Origin: the human T2T-CHM13v2.0 reference genome, Homo sapiens
Direction: 5' to 3' (one strand)
Assembly (NCBI RefSeq): GCF_009914755.1
Contig: NC_060931.1
DNA length: 64,000 bases
Shown here piece by piece: positions 36,162 through 50,134 of the stretch. The stretch's first letter is position 1, and each line of letters starts with the position of its first letter. The notes beneath the pieces were generated by a model. The model worked only from the letters and a program-made list of their open reading frames with translations, did not search any database and had not been told where the DNA came from. The position numbers and the translations under genes are program-made.

Positions 36162-37629
36162 CTGCGAAGACTTAAGAAGGCACCTCGGAGACCCCTTGAG
36201 ATAGTGGCCTCAGTATAACCATATTCTAACTTCCTTATCACACAGCCTAAGAAGAAAGTGTTTTTGGGTGGAGAGGAAGGTAGACTTGCTTGATATGAAA
36301 GCCACTGTCCTCATCCTGACCTCTAATTCGAGTTCTAGTTTCTTATTTTGAAATTCACTTAGCATCTCCATCTGAAAGCCCATTATCTTTACACACTCAA
36401 TATGTCCTATTCTTAACACATTAACTTCTCACTTCCTTTCTTAGTTCTTATTTTTTCAGTGGAACATCCTTCCATTCTCCCAACCTCCAAACTTGGAAAT
36501 ATCTTCCATTTCTGCCCTAAAACTCTTCCATAAAACAATATGTATTTAAATTATTCTGGCAATTAATCTTAAAATGGATGAAATCTCTTGTTCTGTATTG
36601 CCATTGCACCACCATAATCAAAGCATCCATCAACTGGCTCCTGGACCAGAGTGATTCTTCCACTACCCCCATATGTCACTGACAGCTCTGCCTGTCCCTC
36701 TGCTATTCATAAATTTAGCCATTGCCTGGCTAGTCCAGTCTGGTCTCATCTCTCTGGTCAGGCTTGTTGGTCTTCACTTCCAAATAATGAAATTCCCACT
36801 TCTTAGTAAATAACCTCAGCTTTGCCCAAGGCCTATGCAGATCCATTGCATTTCCACATGAACAACCTGGCAGCTCCTCCTCTTCTTCCTCCTATCAGCC
36901 TTGCTAATTTCTACCATCAAGAATTATAAAGTCTATTTTAATTCTCGCCATGTTGATAAAGTGATCATTAGAAACTTTAGCTGCTACCAACTTTGAATAG
37001 CTCTGAGCTACACATTTTTTGGCTGATAGTGGGCATGCAATAAATACTTGAAGTAAATTACATTCTATCATATTAATCTCAATCTCCTTCATGTGTGAAA
37101 GTATTGCCCTTTAAACTATAGTATAAGGTCTCTGAATTTAATAAATGCTTGCTGGATTGGATTTACTGACTCATGTTGGAAAAATAGACCAAAGAATTTT
37201 AATTTTTAAATCTATGCTTGGACACGATGTATCAAAAGCATTGTTTAGACACAAAGGAATTTTAAGCAAATATTTCTCTTCTATAGTATATACCAGAGGA
37301 GAAGAATCGATGCGATGACATTCTTTTTCCTTTTAGGGTACATGCTACTACTTTAGGAGTCAGGGCAAAATCTGTCATTTTTATCTGACACTGCATGGGA
37401 AGACAGTTAAAGGAATGGTTTCTACTTTCTGGATTTCTACATTCTGGTTAAGAAAAGACTGATGTAACGATGAATGACTTTGGGCCAAAATAGATGCTAT
37501 TGGATGTGTGCTAGAGGAATGCACAGAAAGGGTTATCAGTGGGTACCAAACAATCAGAGATGGTCTTGCATGGAAGGGGCTGTAGATAAGAAACTTGAGT
37601 GAAGGGTCATGCTTTCAACGGGAGAGTTA

Positions 37630-38088
<459 letters not shown>

Positions 38089-38454
38089 TCATGGATCCCA
38101 GAATGGAGGAGGGACAGTGATCACAGCACCATAAGGGGCTGAGCGAGTCTGAGCAATGTCACTGGCTGTGGTCAGGGCAGCTCTTCAAATAACAGCTGGC
38201 CTTGAAGAGGGAGATAGCAGGCACCATGGGTTCAGGATATTCCTGCCAAACAGTTAAAAGTAGGAGGGGCTGTGCAGCTTCTCTTGTTCAGGTATAGCCC
38301 CTGACGCTGAAGTCCTGAGATTCTAGGAATTTATCTATAAGACTTAGCTACCATGGCCTGGAGTTGTAGATAAGTGTATGTACTAAGAGGAAAGAAGAAA
38401 TTTTGCCTGGCTGGATTATTAAAACCCATTTGGAAGAGAAGAGTAAGATAAGGT

Positions 38455-38570
38455 CACATTAACTACATATCAAATGCTCAGTAGCCACATGTGGCCAGTG
38501 GCTGTTGTATTGAATAGTGCAAATATAGAACATTTTCTTCATTGTAAAATTTATATTGGGCAGGCTGTGC
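38455..38570. mobile_element. MER3-like hAT fragment
   Basis: tgctcagtagccacatgtggccagtggct. Confidence 0.65.
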
Positions 38571-38987
38571 TCTACATTCCACAGTGAGTTCATTGTGAGT
38601 CTCAGAGTGAGATGAGAAAAGAGGAAACACTTGCTCTCCCCAAACTATCTTTGATATTATGACACTTCAAAGATTTCCAGAACCTCTCAAAGAATGTCAC
38701 AAATTATTTTTAAGTTAATACATTCCAATTCAGGCCAATTAAAACAAAAAAAAAGATGTCACATTCTTTTTTTTTCCTGTGAAGAACAAAACTTTTATTG
38801 TTCACATCTTTTCTGAGGAGCTTTTTTGAGCATATCTAAAAATAGAACGTGTTCTAGGAGCTCATGCACACCTTGGGGACAGCACTGTGCACTTAGCCGC
38901 TCAGTGTTGCTCAGGTGCTGCTGCACCATCCAGAGACCCTTTAGAATTTCTCCCTTTGGATCTTCTGTCTTTTCCCTTGTGACTTAC

Positions 38988-39140
38988 TGGTGCCTTCTGA
39001 GGAATGGGATCCATAGTTGGCTGGTGTGTAACAGTATTCCAGAACCCAGGAGACACAGGGGTATAAAGTTGGCATCTTGAGGGGAAGCTTCTCACCTGGC
39101 CTTGGTTTGTTATCAAAGATAGAAATGTGTTTTCAGCCAT
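38988..39140 (-). pseudogene. Fossil exon, 51 open codons from ATG
   Basis: MAENTFLSLITNQGQVRSFPSRCQLYTPVSPGFWNTVTHQPTMDPIPQKAP then consensus donor CCA|gtaagt (phase 0). Confidence 0.55.
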
Positions 39141-41730
39141 CTGTCCTTTCTAGGACTAAACTCCCTTTTCTTATCATATAGCAATTTTGAGAAAGAAGAT
39201 TCAGAACACAACTAAACACACAACACTTCAAATTCCAAGGACCTAGAGAGGGCCTTAGAGAGCTGTGCTTTTTTCTGGGACAAATCCCCACCCCGACCCG
39301 CGACACCCCAGGATGACTAACACAGAGCCATGAGTGGAGATGCATCCGTAAGTAGGTGATGGCCTGAAGATACTCCTTAGGAGTGGAGGAGAAAACCATG
39401 AAAGCAAAATGTGGTTCCCAACCTCCCAGCCCCCTCAGTAGCTGCTGCCTTCCTCTTCATTCTAAACCTCAGGCAGACCTGCTGCTATTTCACAATGCAG
39501 GGGCAAGAGAGTCACACACTGGTAAACATATCTTCAACCACAGAAAACATCTTTCTTTGGTGTTCCATTTGGCTTATTACAGGACAGAGGAAGGAGTGAG
39601 TCACATGGCTGAGTTTTCTTCCATGCCATGCATCAGCATACCCTTCAAGCTTTAAGCACTCTCAACAACATATTTACACAACAATAATATTGTATTCAAT
39701 GTACAAAATGAGACCTCAAAGATGCTAAGATAAATAAGACATGGTCTCTGCCCTTGAAATGTTGAGCGATTACTAAAGAAGAGTAAAATATCTGACATGA
39801 ATGTCATCAATTTTACCTCTCTTAAGCAGACCTTATTAATCTATCATTCGTTCATACAAATATTAATTGAATGTCTGTTATATGCTCAGATTGAGCCAGA
39901 CATTGAAGATACCATGGTGTAAAAGTCAGATAAGGCCCTCACCCTTATGAAGTCTGCATTTAACATTTTCCCATTGAGCTCAAATATGGCCTCAGAATCC
40001 TTCTCAACACGGTGCTTGGGGCAGTACCACTAATTCCTTAGCCTGGTAGAGAAGAAACCCAATATCTCTGATCCATGGACGGACAGGAGAAATAGATTCA
40101 TATATTAAATGATGCAATACCGAGTGGCAAACACTACAACATAGATACAAGATAAGTTGTATGGGATCTTACACAGGGGGTGACCTAATTTTAACCAGGA
40201 AATTCAAAGAAACTGCTGAGAGGAAATACGGTTTTCCAGGGACTTGCAGGAAGTGTAGGAGTCCATAAAGCAGATCAGAAGGGGTGGGTGATCAGTGGGG
40301 ACAGGGCAGAGGGAGGAGCAAGAGCAGAGCCCAAGCAAGAAAGGGCACAGGTGATGTTCAGGGAGCGTATGATGAGAATCTCCATGCGGGCAGAGGATGT
40401 GATTAGGCTCCACTGTGAAAGGTTATCTGTTCTATTTTGTGGACTTGAGACTTTATCCTGGTGGCAACCAGGGGCCCAGTGAAGAACTTTAAGTGAAGAG
40501 CTTTAAGTGAAGTGAGGAACTTTAAGCATATAAGAGCACAGGCCCTGAGCCAAAGAGCCTATGTTTAAATCTCTTCTCTTCCCCTTACTAGCTGTGTGGC
40601 TATGGGCTGGCCAGCTCGCCTTTCTGTGCCTCAGCTTCCTCATCTGTAGAAATGACAATACCATTCACCTCATTGTGATAATTAAATGAGGGGATATATG
40701 TAAAATGCTTGGAACATTGGCATGTAGAAGTCATCTATGTGGATTATTTCTGTGCTGTTTGGAATTTGGAAGCTGAGGCACAGAAAGCAAAAATAATTTA
40801 CTCAGGACCACAATGCTGCTTAACAGCAGAAGCTAGATGCCTATCCATCATACCAAAGTGCTTTGAACATAAGTGTTGTCAAAATCCATCTCTCCCAATG
40901 GATCCTAAAAGATACGTTTTCATTTGTTTAGATGATGAAGAGGAAATTCATTCTTTTAAAAACTCTTTGTCATTTCTATTTCCCCCTTTTATCTTAAGAT
41001 GCTCCAGCTGCTTCCCATATTATGTTCCACCACTATGTTTTCCTTTTATTTTAACATGCACCACTTCAATTTCCGAAAACACAGTGTAATTTATCAATCA
41101 ATAAATAAATCTGGACAGAAACACAAAGCACATTTTTCTCCAGGAGCATTCCCTATTCACAAGCACAGGGAGAGGAAACTCAGTGGCATCTTGAGCAAAC
41201 ATATGCATCAATACACACATTAAGCAGATCCCTGTAAAAGACTGTACCAGCTCTGTCGGAATCCTTTGCTTATGATTGAAAAAGAAAGCTCATCTTTGAA
41301 GACTGGCCAGATCTGTCCAGTCACTGCACCAGTCCAAGGCACTTAAGGTTTGTAATCCTTGCTACACTTGTAGAATAAGTAGTTGGGCTATTAAATTGTT
41401 CAAGGAGGCATTTCCTAGATTTCTACATATGATCACCCAACTCCTTTTCTCCCAGATGAATCAAATAATATCTGTGGCCAGAAGCAGAGACTTTTACCAC
41501 CAGGTTGAACCAAATTAGGCTGTGTCTTCCCATATACAAAGTGATCTGGGTGATTGGGATTGGGGTCTTTGATCAGGAACCACAAAAAGAGTCGAAGTGG
41601 ACCGAAGAGAAGAAAGTGATATTTTTAGTTGTAAATCTTTGGGCAAGATAAAGGTTGCTGAGGTTTAGTACATACAGGTCTTAGAACTCTAGGATTTTTC
41701 CTTTTGTGGGAGGAAACAGCTGAGACTTAC

Positions 41731-41781
41731 TTAAGGGGAAGGGGTGTAATGGGATATATATTTGGTATATTCTAGTATTTT
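41731..41781 (-). pseudogene. Candidate 51-nt exon (or start of a larger exon running to ~41220)
   Basis: Acceptor ttcttcctttag|, donor TAA|gtaagt; phase 1 to 1, compatible with exon 48285-48422. Confidence 0.4.
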
Positions 41782-42929
41782 CTAAAGGAAGAATTTTATG
41801 AGTCGGGTGGAAGCTATAAAACTTCATGGGTCCAAGAAGCAGCAGGATTCCAGACCTATATTTGGGTGAGGGGTCTCCATCAGTATTGCTATATGCAGTG
41901 CACTTGGCGTGCCGCAGTGCCCTGAATCACCAAGGCGGCAGTTAGTCCAGTTGGGAGGTGGAGCCTCATGCCCAGTGCTTGGTTCGAGCAAACACAAACA
42001 CCAGCAAACTGCCAGGTGTCACAGAGCTCTGTGGGTCTCAATGCTGGGACCCATTAGGATTTTTTGAGGACATTGTTTTTCTTCATTTTTCTTTTTAAAT
42101 TTTAAAAATAGAAACAGAATATATACCCAGTAAAGTACAGAAATCTTAAGTGTATATCTCCATGGATATTTAAAGAGTGACTTTGCCCATATATCACCTG
42201 CGTCAAGATATGAAACTTTTTCATTGTGGCAGAATTCTACCAAAAGAAATACTAAAAGGAGCTTATCGGGAGGAAGAGAAATGATCTCAGATGGCAGCAA
42301 GCTAAGGCAGGATAGAATGAATGGCTTGAACACAAGGAGAATGTGGGTAAATTGCATAAATATATTTTCAGTGACAATAATAATAATAATATCTTGTGAG
42401 AGCTTAAATAAATGTCGAAATAAAGGACATGACAATAATAGCACAAAATGTTGGAAAGGGTCAAAGAGTTGTGAGGTCCTTGCATTATCTGGAAAATGGT
42501 AAAGGTGCTAATTTAAGGTAGATTCTCTTAAATCAGTGATACATTCTAGGATAGTCACTAAGAGAAGAAGGAAAGAATATGCAACTAACAAGCTAATCAA
42601 AACAGAAATTGGAATTTTTTAAATGTTTGATTGATCCAAAAGACAGCAAGAAGAAAAAAGGAACAAGCATAAGATGAGACAAATAGAAAACTAATAGTAA
42701 AATGGAATATTTAAATCCAAATATGTTAGTAATTGTACTAGATTGAGACAAACTAAATAAGTTTCATATATATACATATAATTTATTTTTATGTAGATAG
42801 TTTTTAATTTAATCTTTACATAGTTTATTATGAAACTTTATATAGTCTTGTGAGATTATATATATAATTAAATATATATATTATTCAATATAAAATCTCA
42901 CAAGAATAAACTTTAAATATAAGAATATA

Positions 42930-43195
42930 GGCTGGGTGTGGTGGTTTATGCCTGTAATCCGAGCACTTTGGGAGGCCGAGGCAGGTGGATCACTTGAGGT
43001 TGGGATTTTGACACCAGCCTAGCCAACATGGTGAAACCCCTTCTCTACTAAAAATACAAAAATTTACCAAGTGTCGTGGCACATGCTTGTAATCTCAGCT
43101 ATTTGGGAGGCTGAGGTGGGAGGATTGCTTGAACCTGGGAGGCAGAGGTTGCCATGTGCCATGAGCTGAGATCATGCCACTGCACTCCAGCCTGG
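42930..43195 (+). mobile_element. Alu (J/S) lacking A tail
   Basis: ggctgggtgtggtgg...ctccagcctgg followed by TA-rich sequence. Confidence 0.9.
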
Positions 43196-43210
43196 TGTAT
43201 TTTTTTTTTA

Positions 43211-43400
43211 CTGTGTTCATATATATATATTTATATATATATGTGTATGTATACACACATATATATGTGTATATATATAAATATATATACATATATATGT
43301 ATATATGTATAGATGTGTATATATATAAATATATATACATATATATGTGTGTGTATATATATATACGTATATATATACATATATATATATATGAACACAG
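43211..43400. repeat. Palindromic (TA/TG/CA)n array
   Basis: Flanked by inverted ctgtgttcatat / atatgaacacag. Confidence 0.9.
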
Positions 43401-45415
43401 AAATGTTAGGGAAAAATGAGAAAAGAAAAGTATGTAAACTGTAACCAGAAGAAAGTTGACATCACTTAACTAACATCAGACAATGTAAATTTTAAGGCAA
43501 ATAATATTACTAGCAGTAAAGAAGACATTTATGATCATAAAAATTTCAATTTAACAAAAAGATATAAATTTGTATGCACCTGTTAACATAGCCATATTAT
43601 ACATCTATGAAAAAGAGCAAACTGCTCTTATATGTAACAACCTGAATCAATCTCATGGAAATAATGTTTGCAAAAGAATATATACTGTATAATTTCATGT
43701 AAAGTTCAGAAACTGGCCAAACAGCCACATGGTGAGGCCAGTCATTGACTTAAGAGAATCCACCTTAAATTAGCGCCTTTACCATTTTCCAGGTAATGCA
43801 AGGAGCTCACAACTCTTTGATCCTTTCTGACATTTTGTGCTATTATAGTCATGTCTTTTAATTCTACATTTATTTAAGCCCTCACAAGATATTATTATTA
43901 TTATCACTGAAAATATATTTATTCAATCTGCCCACGTTCCTCCTGTGCTTGTGACACCCATTCCATTCTGCCTTAGCTTGCTTGATAAGCTCCTTTTAAT
44001 ATTTCTTTTGGTACACTTCTACTGCAATGAATGGCTTTAGTTTTTGCTGAACAAAAAAAATTTATTTCTATTCTGTAACCATGTCATTATCTTGTCTGGT
44101 GGCTTCTGTTTTTTCTATTAAAAATTCAAATGTTAGTCTTATTGCTGCTCTCAGAAGTCATGCGTCTTTCTTACCTGGCTGCTTTTAAGATTTTTTTCTT
44201 TTTCTTTTGAATTTAGCAATGTTATTATGAGGTGCCTCGGTGTATTTATCCTGGTTGGGTTTAAAGAGATTCTGGAATCTGTAGCTTTATATTTTTCATT
44301 TATTTCAGACAACTCTTTGTCTTTTTTTTTTTTTTTGCTTAATTATCTCTTCACTTCTTAGATTTCAATTATACATTTTAGACATTTTCACTATATTCCA
44401 TTAGAATGTTACTTTCTTTCATTTTTTCACTGTGTGTGTGTGTGTGTGTGTGTGTGTAGGAGATTCAATCTAGATATTTTCTACTGAGTACCTTCCAATT
44501 TTTTAATCTCTTCTGGTTTGTGTAACCTGCTGTTACATTCATTCAGTGAATTCTTCATTTTAGCTTGCATTATTTTTGGTTCTAGAATTGTCATTTGATT
44601 TTCTTCCATATATTTTAGTTCACAGGAACTAATTATCTTTTTCTTGAACATATTAAGCATAATTATTTTAAAATCCATTTCTGATAACTCCAATATCATA
44701 ATTACCTATGGTCTGTTTCTGTTTTATTTGTATCTTTTTCTCTTGCCTTTTAGTCATCTGGTCTAGTTTCCCGGCATGCTATTAATTTGAATGCTAGGTA
44801 TTATCCATGAAAAATAGTATGGGACTCTGGAACATTTTATCTTCCTCTAGAGTGGATTTAATATTTTTCTGGCAGGCAGGTAGAATATAGGAGGATCACC
44901 TTAATCTAAGCATCCATTGCCAAGATTGAGGCTTTTCTTTTTGAGGGCTCATATATTTTCTGTTTGTCCTTACTCCTAGGGTATAGCTCCTTGGAGTGAT
45001 CGCAATAAAAGCCTGGGACATTTACAGTGGCCTGACCTCCCTAGCAGGCTCAACTCATTTTCATCTCTCTGGTTCCATGAGGCTGTCTGAATTTCTGTTC
45101 AGTGTTGTAGACTCGCAGATGATGCTTGTTACTGTTTCTTGGCACTGCCTCGAGCCCCTCCCCAACTCTTCCTGGTACATGCACCACTGAATAACTGACA
45201 AATGTCATAATAGGAAACGACATGCATTTGGGGCTCAATTATGTATGGTTTTCATTTCTCCAGGATTGTGGCCCTTCAGTTCCCTGTCACATTTGTCCCC
45301 CTTCAGCATGGCCACAGGGTTTATGAAACTGATTTTTGTTTGGCCTCTATGCCCCATGACATGAATTGTCAAATACCCCAAGGGGTGGTAAAATAAAATA
45401 AAAAGCACATACCAA

Positions 45416-45463
<48 letters not shown>
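45416..45463 (+). repeat. (AACT)n microsatellite
   Basis: About 11 perfect AACT units. Confidence 0.95.
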
Positions 45464-46944
45464 GAAACAGTGACAACAAGAAAAAATACAGCTGTTTCCC
45501 ATCTTTCTAGGATTTTTCTTCAGTCTTAGCTGCTTGAACTGTTCATCAATGACTTCAAACAGAAAGAGTTATTTCTGTGTTTTATTCCGTTTAAATAGCT
45601 GTTCTCAGTAAGAGGATTTGTCTGCAAAAACTACTCCTACATAAATGGAAGAAAAAGATAGTTTGGGAGGTGGGGCTGGAAAGTATTAGTGTCCAGGCCC
45701 CATTCCACACTAATTAAATGAGAATCTATCGATATGGGAATTGATATTTTTTTAAAGTGCCTGTAAATGATCCTCTTATGCAGTCAGATTAGAAAACTAC
45801 TGATATAAACAAGCCGTATAAAATTGACTGAATATTTGAGATGTTTTTAATATAGAGTTGGATGATTTAATGTCATGTGCAATCCTTACTGCCTCCCTCA
45901 TATTTTTGAATATAAAATAATAACCTTCTGATCAAAAGATAATCCATCCCACCATGCCATTGCGATCCTCCCCTCCTACCAACTCTGGAAAGTTATTATT
46001 CATCTTCAAGCTTTCACCTTTTCTTCAGAAAATAGATACACTTTTGGAATTTTGTCTTAAATATCTTGTACATTTCTAAATATATATGTTTTACACATAC
46101 ATGGATATATTGATACACATTTACATATACTTATACATACCACTGCTATTGCAAATAGAATTTTTCTTTATTTTTCTAATCTATAATTGCATGTATATAT
46201 AAGAACTATTCATCTGTGGATAGTGATCTGGTATTTGGGCCTCTTTGTTGTTATCTCATAAGCTCCAAGATATTTTTTGACAAATTCCATTTCTAAGTAT
46301 CTAATCTTATTGCTGTAGAAACAATATTTTTTTTCCTTCACTACTAGACACAGTTCTGATACATGCTTTCTGTTTTGACATATTGGCTGGAAATTCTAGG
46401 TCAGGTTGGCAGAAGAGGATCTATTTTTTAGAGTGTTATATTATCAAATGTGAGTGTGATTGATGCCTAAAATCAGAAGGTAGTTTATTCATTTTTGATA
46501 CAAAGCATTGTAAATATATCCTACAATAATAAGAAGAATGTTGTTTACTTTATGTTTGCATGTTTTCATCCCCAATTCTCAAAGCCCACTCTGTTAGAAC
46601 AGAGATATCACAAATAAACTTTCAATTAAAAGAGAGCGAGAAAAAAGCCCACTCTAAGTAGGTTATGGCACCACCATCTTCACTGAAATTACTTTTTAAA
46701 AGTCACCAATAACCTCCACCATGCTAAATCAATTTCTCAGTCCTTATCTTACTCAAATTATTAGTTGCATTTGACAAAGCTGATCACATTGTCTTATTGA
46801 AACACACATCTTCAGTTGTCTTCCAGGACATTGTACTGTTCAGGTTTTCCTCCTACCCCCTGTCAGAGCACCATCTTCTTCCCATCCTCTAAATACTGAA
46901 ATGCCCAAGGACTCATTCATATCCTCACTCTCTAGGTTATCCTC

Positions 46945-47545
46945 TGTTGCGAGTTGAATTTTTCTCCCTAAAAGATATGTTGAAGTCATAACTCTGAATA
47001 CCTATGAATACTTGTGAATAGCTGTGAGTGTGACCTTATTTGCAAATAGAGTCCTTGAAGTTATTAGGATGGGCCCTAAAGTAACATGACCGATGTCATT
47101 ATGAGAAGGATATTTGGGCAGAGCGCACAAGTAGAATGCCATGTGATGAAGGAGGTGGAGACTGCAGGGATGTAGCCTCTGCAAGCCAAGGACTGCCAAG
47201 AATCAGTGGTCACCATCAGGGTCAAGGAAGAGGAAAGGAAGGATTCTACTCGGACTCTCAGAGGGAGCATGGCCCTGCTGATGCCTTCATTTTTCAGCCT
47301 TCCAGCCTCCAGAATTGTGACCATGCATGTACCACCACACCCGGCTAATTTTGTACTTTTGGTAGACAGGGTTTCTCCATGTTGGTCATTCTGGTCTCGA
47401 ACTCCCGACCTCAGGTGATCCGCCCTCCTTGGCCTCCCAAAGTGCTGGGATTACAGGCGTGAGCCACTGTGCCTGGCCAAGTTTCTTTTTTTCAAGTCAC
47501 CAAGTTTACAGTAATTCCTTAGGGCATCCCCGGGAGACTAACATA
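46945..47545 (+). mobile_element. MLT1 (B/C-like) MaLR LTR containing a partial reverse Alu (47325-47478)
   Basis: tgttgcgagttgaat...gaccttatttgcaaatag...ccagcctccagaattgtga. Confidence 0.8.
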
Positions 47546-47571
47546 TCTTTACCCCCTTAGCTTTAAAAACA

Positions 47572-48155
47572 ATGGTAGGGAAAATTCTAAAATGCTCTTT
47601 AATACTCCCAGCCTTTAGTATACACACACCTTCTTCAGATACTCAAACAAAAATTTGCTGATATAATTAACATCCCAAACCAGTTGACCTTAGGATAAAA
47701 AGATTTTGCAGGTAGGCCTTACTCAATTACATGAACTCCTTAAAATCAGGTCTTTTTCTCTAGCAGGCTTCAGAAAAGGAAGTCAGAGATACGAAGAATG
47801 AGAGGGATTTGATGCACAGTCACTAGCTTGAAGATTGGAGGGGCCATATGGCAGGTCTGCAGGTGTCCTCCAGGAGTTGAAAGTATCCTCTTACTGACAG
47901 TGGCATGGAAATAGTGACCTCAGTCTTACAACCACGGGGAACTGAATTTTGTCAACAACAAGAATGGGTTTATAAGCAGATTTTTACCCAACCTCCCCGC
48001 CAAGACAAGAACTAAGCTCAGATGACAACTTGATTTCAACCTATGAAACCCCAAGCAGAAAACTCAGCCACACTGTGTCATTCTGACCTAGAGGACTAAG
48101 AACAAGTTCACCATTCAATTGAAGTAATTTGTTACATGGCAAGAGCAGACCAACA
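47572..48155 (+). mobile_element. MLT1 (E/F-like) MaLR LTR
   Basis: cagtcttacaaccacggggaactgaattttgtcaacaac motif. Confidence 0.7.
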
Positions 48156-48284
48156 TGAATACCATCTATGTGCTGATGACTTAAATGTGTATATTTAGCT
48201 CAGCTTCACTCTTGACCTCCAGTCTTATGAATCTTCATTAGTATGAATAAAACAGAAATTTTGACTCTCTCCACTCATCAATAC

Positions 48285-48422
48285 CTATTTTTGCTGAATT
48301 ATATATAATCAACCAGACATCACGACCATCTCCTTGGAATATGCCCTCTGCATTGCTGAGAAAAAGATGGGAACTATAGCTTTTGTAATCTCCTTGCTTG
48401 AATGGTCCCAGTTTAGAATTTT
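48285..48422 (-). pseudogene. Candidate fossil exon (138 nt, phase 1 to 1, open)
   Basis: Acceptor gtgtttctctcattag|, donor TAG|gtattg; ENSKLGPFKQGDYKSYSSHLFLSNAEGIFQGDGRDVWLIIYNSAKI. Confidence 0.4.
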
Positions 48423-50134
48423 CTAATGAGAGAAACACACAAGATTAAGAAGGCAAGAAAAAAGATGAAGCCATTATCCTCTGCAGACAGTTACAGACTG
48501 ACAGGGGGCAGATGGGAGATTCACAGCATTTTTCTGGGGAGCGTTTGAGAACCACCCACTTCACTCCTAGAGCCTCAGATAGTTGCTTGAAATTTCATAG
48601 AGATTTTTGAGACTTGCAGCACTTTGCAGTGAGTTTTTGGAACCCCCTGAGTTCTCAGTATCAGGCTGAGCTCTTCAGTATCTGCTCCACTGATCTCCAG
48701 TATAGACATCCTTGTTCCCTCTTCTCTGACTCTTCCAACAGTGGAGTAAGGTCTGGATTCACACGAGATGCCCCTTATACCTGGGTACATGGGGGAGCTT
48801 GTGTTCTTGTAACCAAACCTTCAGTGATATCTCAGTTCACCCCCAATGCCTGCCTTCCCCAACAATGAAAATGGCATTTTTACTTACAGAGGCACTCATG
48901 CCTCAAGGCAGGGTTCATCCCTGATTCCTCTTTTTCCTCTTGTCTTCCATGTGGTGCATCCACATTCAGAAAGCAGCCAGATGGATTCTCTTTTAAATTA
49001 GGAGAGGGTTCCATTTTTCACTGTAAGTTCTTGAAGAACATTAAAGCATTTCCCACACATAATCCCTAGAAGCTGTTCTCAATCTCCTGGCTCTCTTCCC
49101 CCAGAAGCTGCTGCAGAGACCCTCTCATGCCAATTCTTTAGGTTCCGTGGCTTTTGGAGTCCCACCCCCTGTGGCTTCTCTTTCCCCCTCTCCATACCAT
49201 CTCTGACTTCATTGCTTGACTTATCTCTTTTTCAGCTCAAAAGAATCTTTTTTTTTCTTTAAAAAGAGGGCATCTATGTGTACAAATATAACATTCTCTT
49301 TAGCAGAGACAGATGAGTGCTCATCTGTTAATACATTTTTGTGCCCTTATATAATGTTCTCAGGAATTTTGGTAGCTTATCTGACACAACCTGGCTTAAA
49401 AAAAAAAACTATTTTAGTTATAAAAAGTTTTAGAAAACTTCAAACATATGCAAAACTAGGCAGAGTATAATGAACTTAAATGTGCCCGTTACCCATCACC
49501 CACAGAGCTGTTTCCACAAGTAACAGCTCAAAAGCAAACTTATTCTTATTTTATCTGTACCCTTACCCGCTTTTCCTCCCACCTCCTGATCATGTTGAAT
49601 CAAACCCTAAATGTAACATTAATTCACCTGTAAATATTTCAGCACATTATTCTAAAAGATAGGGATTTTAAAAGTATTATAATACCATTATCATATGAGA
49701 AATAATTAACAATAATTTTAATATAATCAAATATCCAAAGTTTATATTATCCAATTTTCATGGAAAATACTTTTGCTAATTATATATATATATATTTTCT
49801 TTTAATTAGAGTAAACAAACTAATTGTTGATTTTATTGGGTGCCAGATAAAGCCCATGCATTATAACTAGTCAAATGATTCTTAAATCACTTTTAAGCTA
49901 TGATTTATCTCTTCATCTCTTTAGTTTATGTAATTTTTGTTGTCGAGGGGGAAACTACATTTTTCTCAGTATGGGTTTTTCTAATTGTATCCCTGCGGTG
50001 GCCTTTGAAATGCTTTTCTGTCTTCTATATTTTCTGTGTATTGACTGTAAAAGCTAGAGGTTTGTTCAAATTTATTTCAGCTTTTTTGAACTTTTGGGTA
50101 ACACCATTGATTAGATGGTGTTATATATATATAT

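Larger units (their letters stand above)
42080..45650 (-). mobile_element. Old L1ME-type element, internally deleted, with segment 42221-43741 inverted
   Basis: 3' end at ~42080-42215 (-); ORF1-like peptide 44481..44699 (-); middle segment on +. Confidence 0.7.

Noticed and set aside
41895-41945. CpG-containing patch with CTCF-like caccaaggcggcag
   Set aside because: Several mismatches to the core motif and too short for a CpG island.
43095-43419. Tyr/Ile-rich ORFs on both strands
   Set aside because: Translation of the (TA)n array.
48525-48780. Additional fossil exon (YKGHLV*IQTLL...)
   Set aside because: Poor acceptor, phase mismatch with the preceding exon and several stops; left unassigned.
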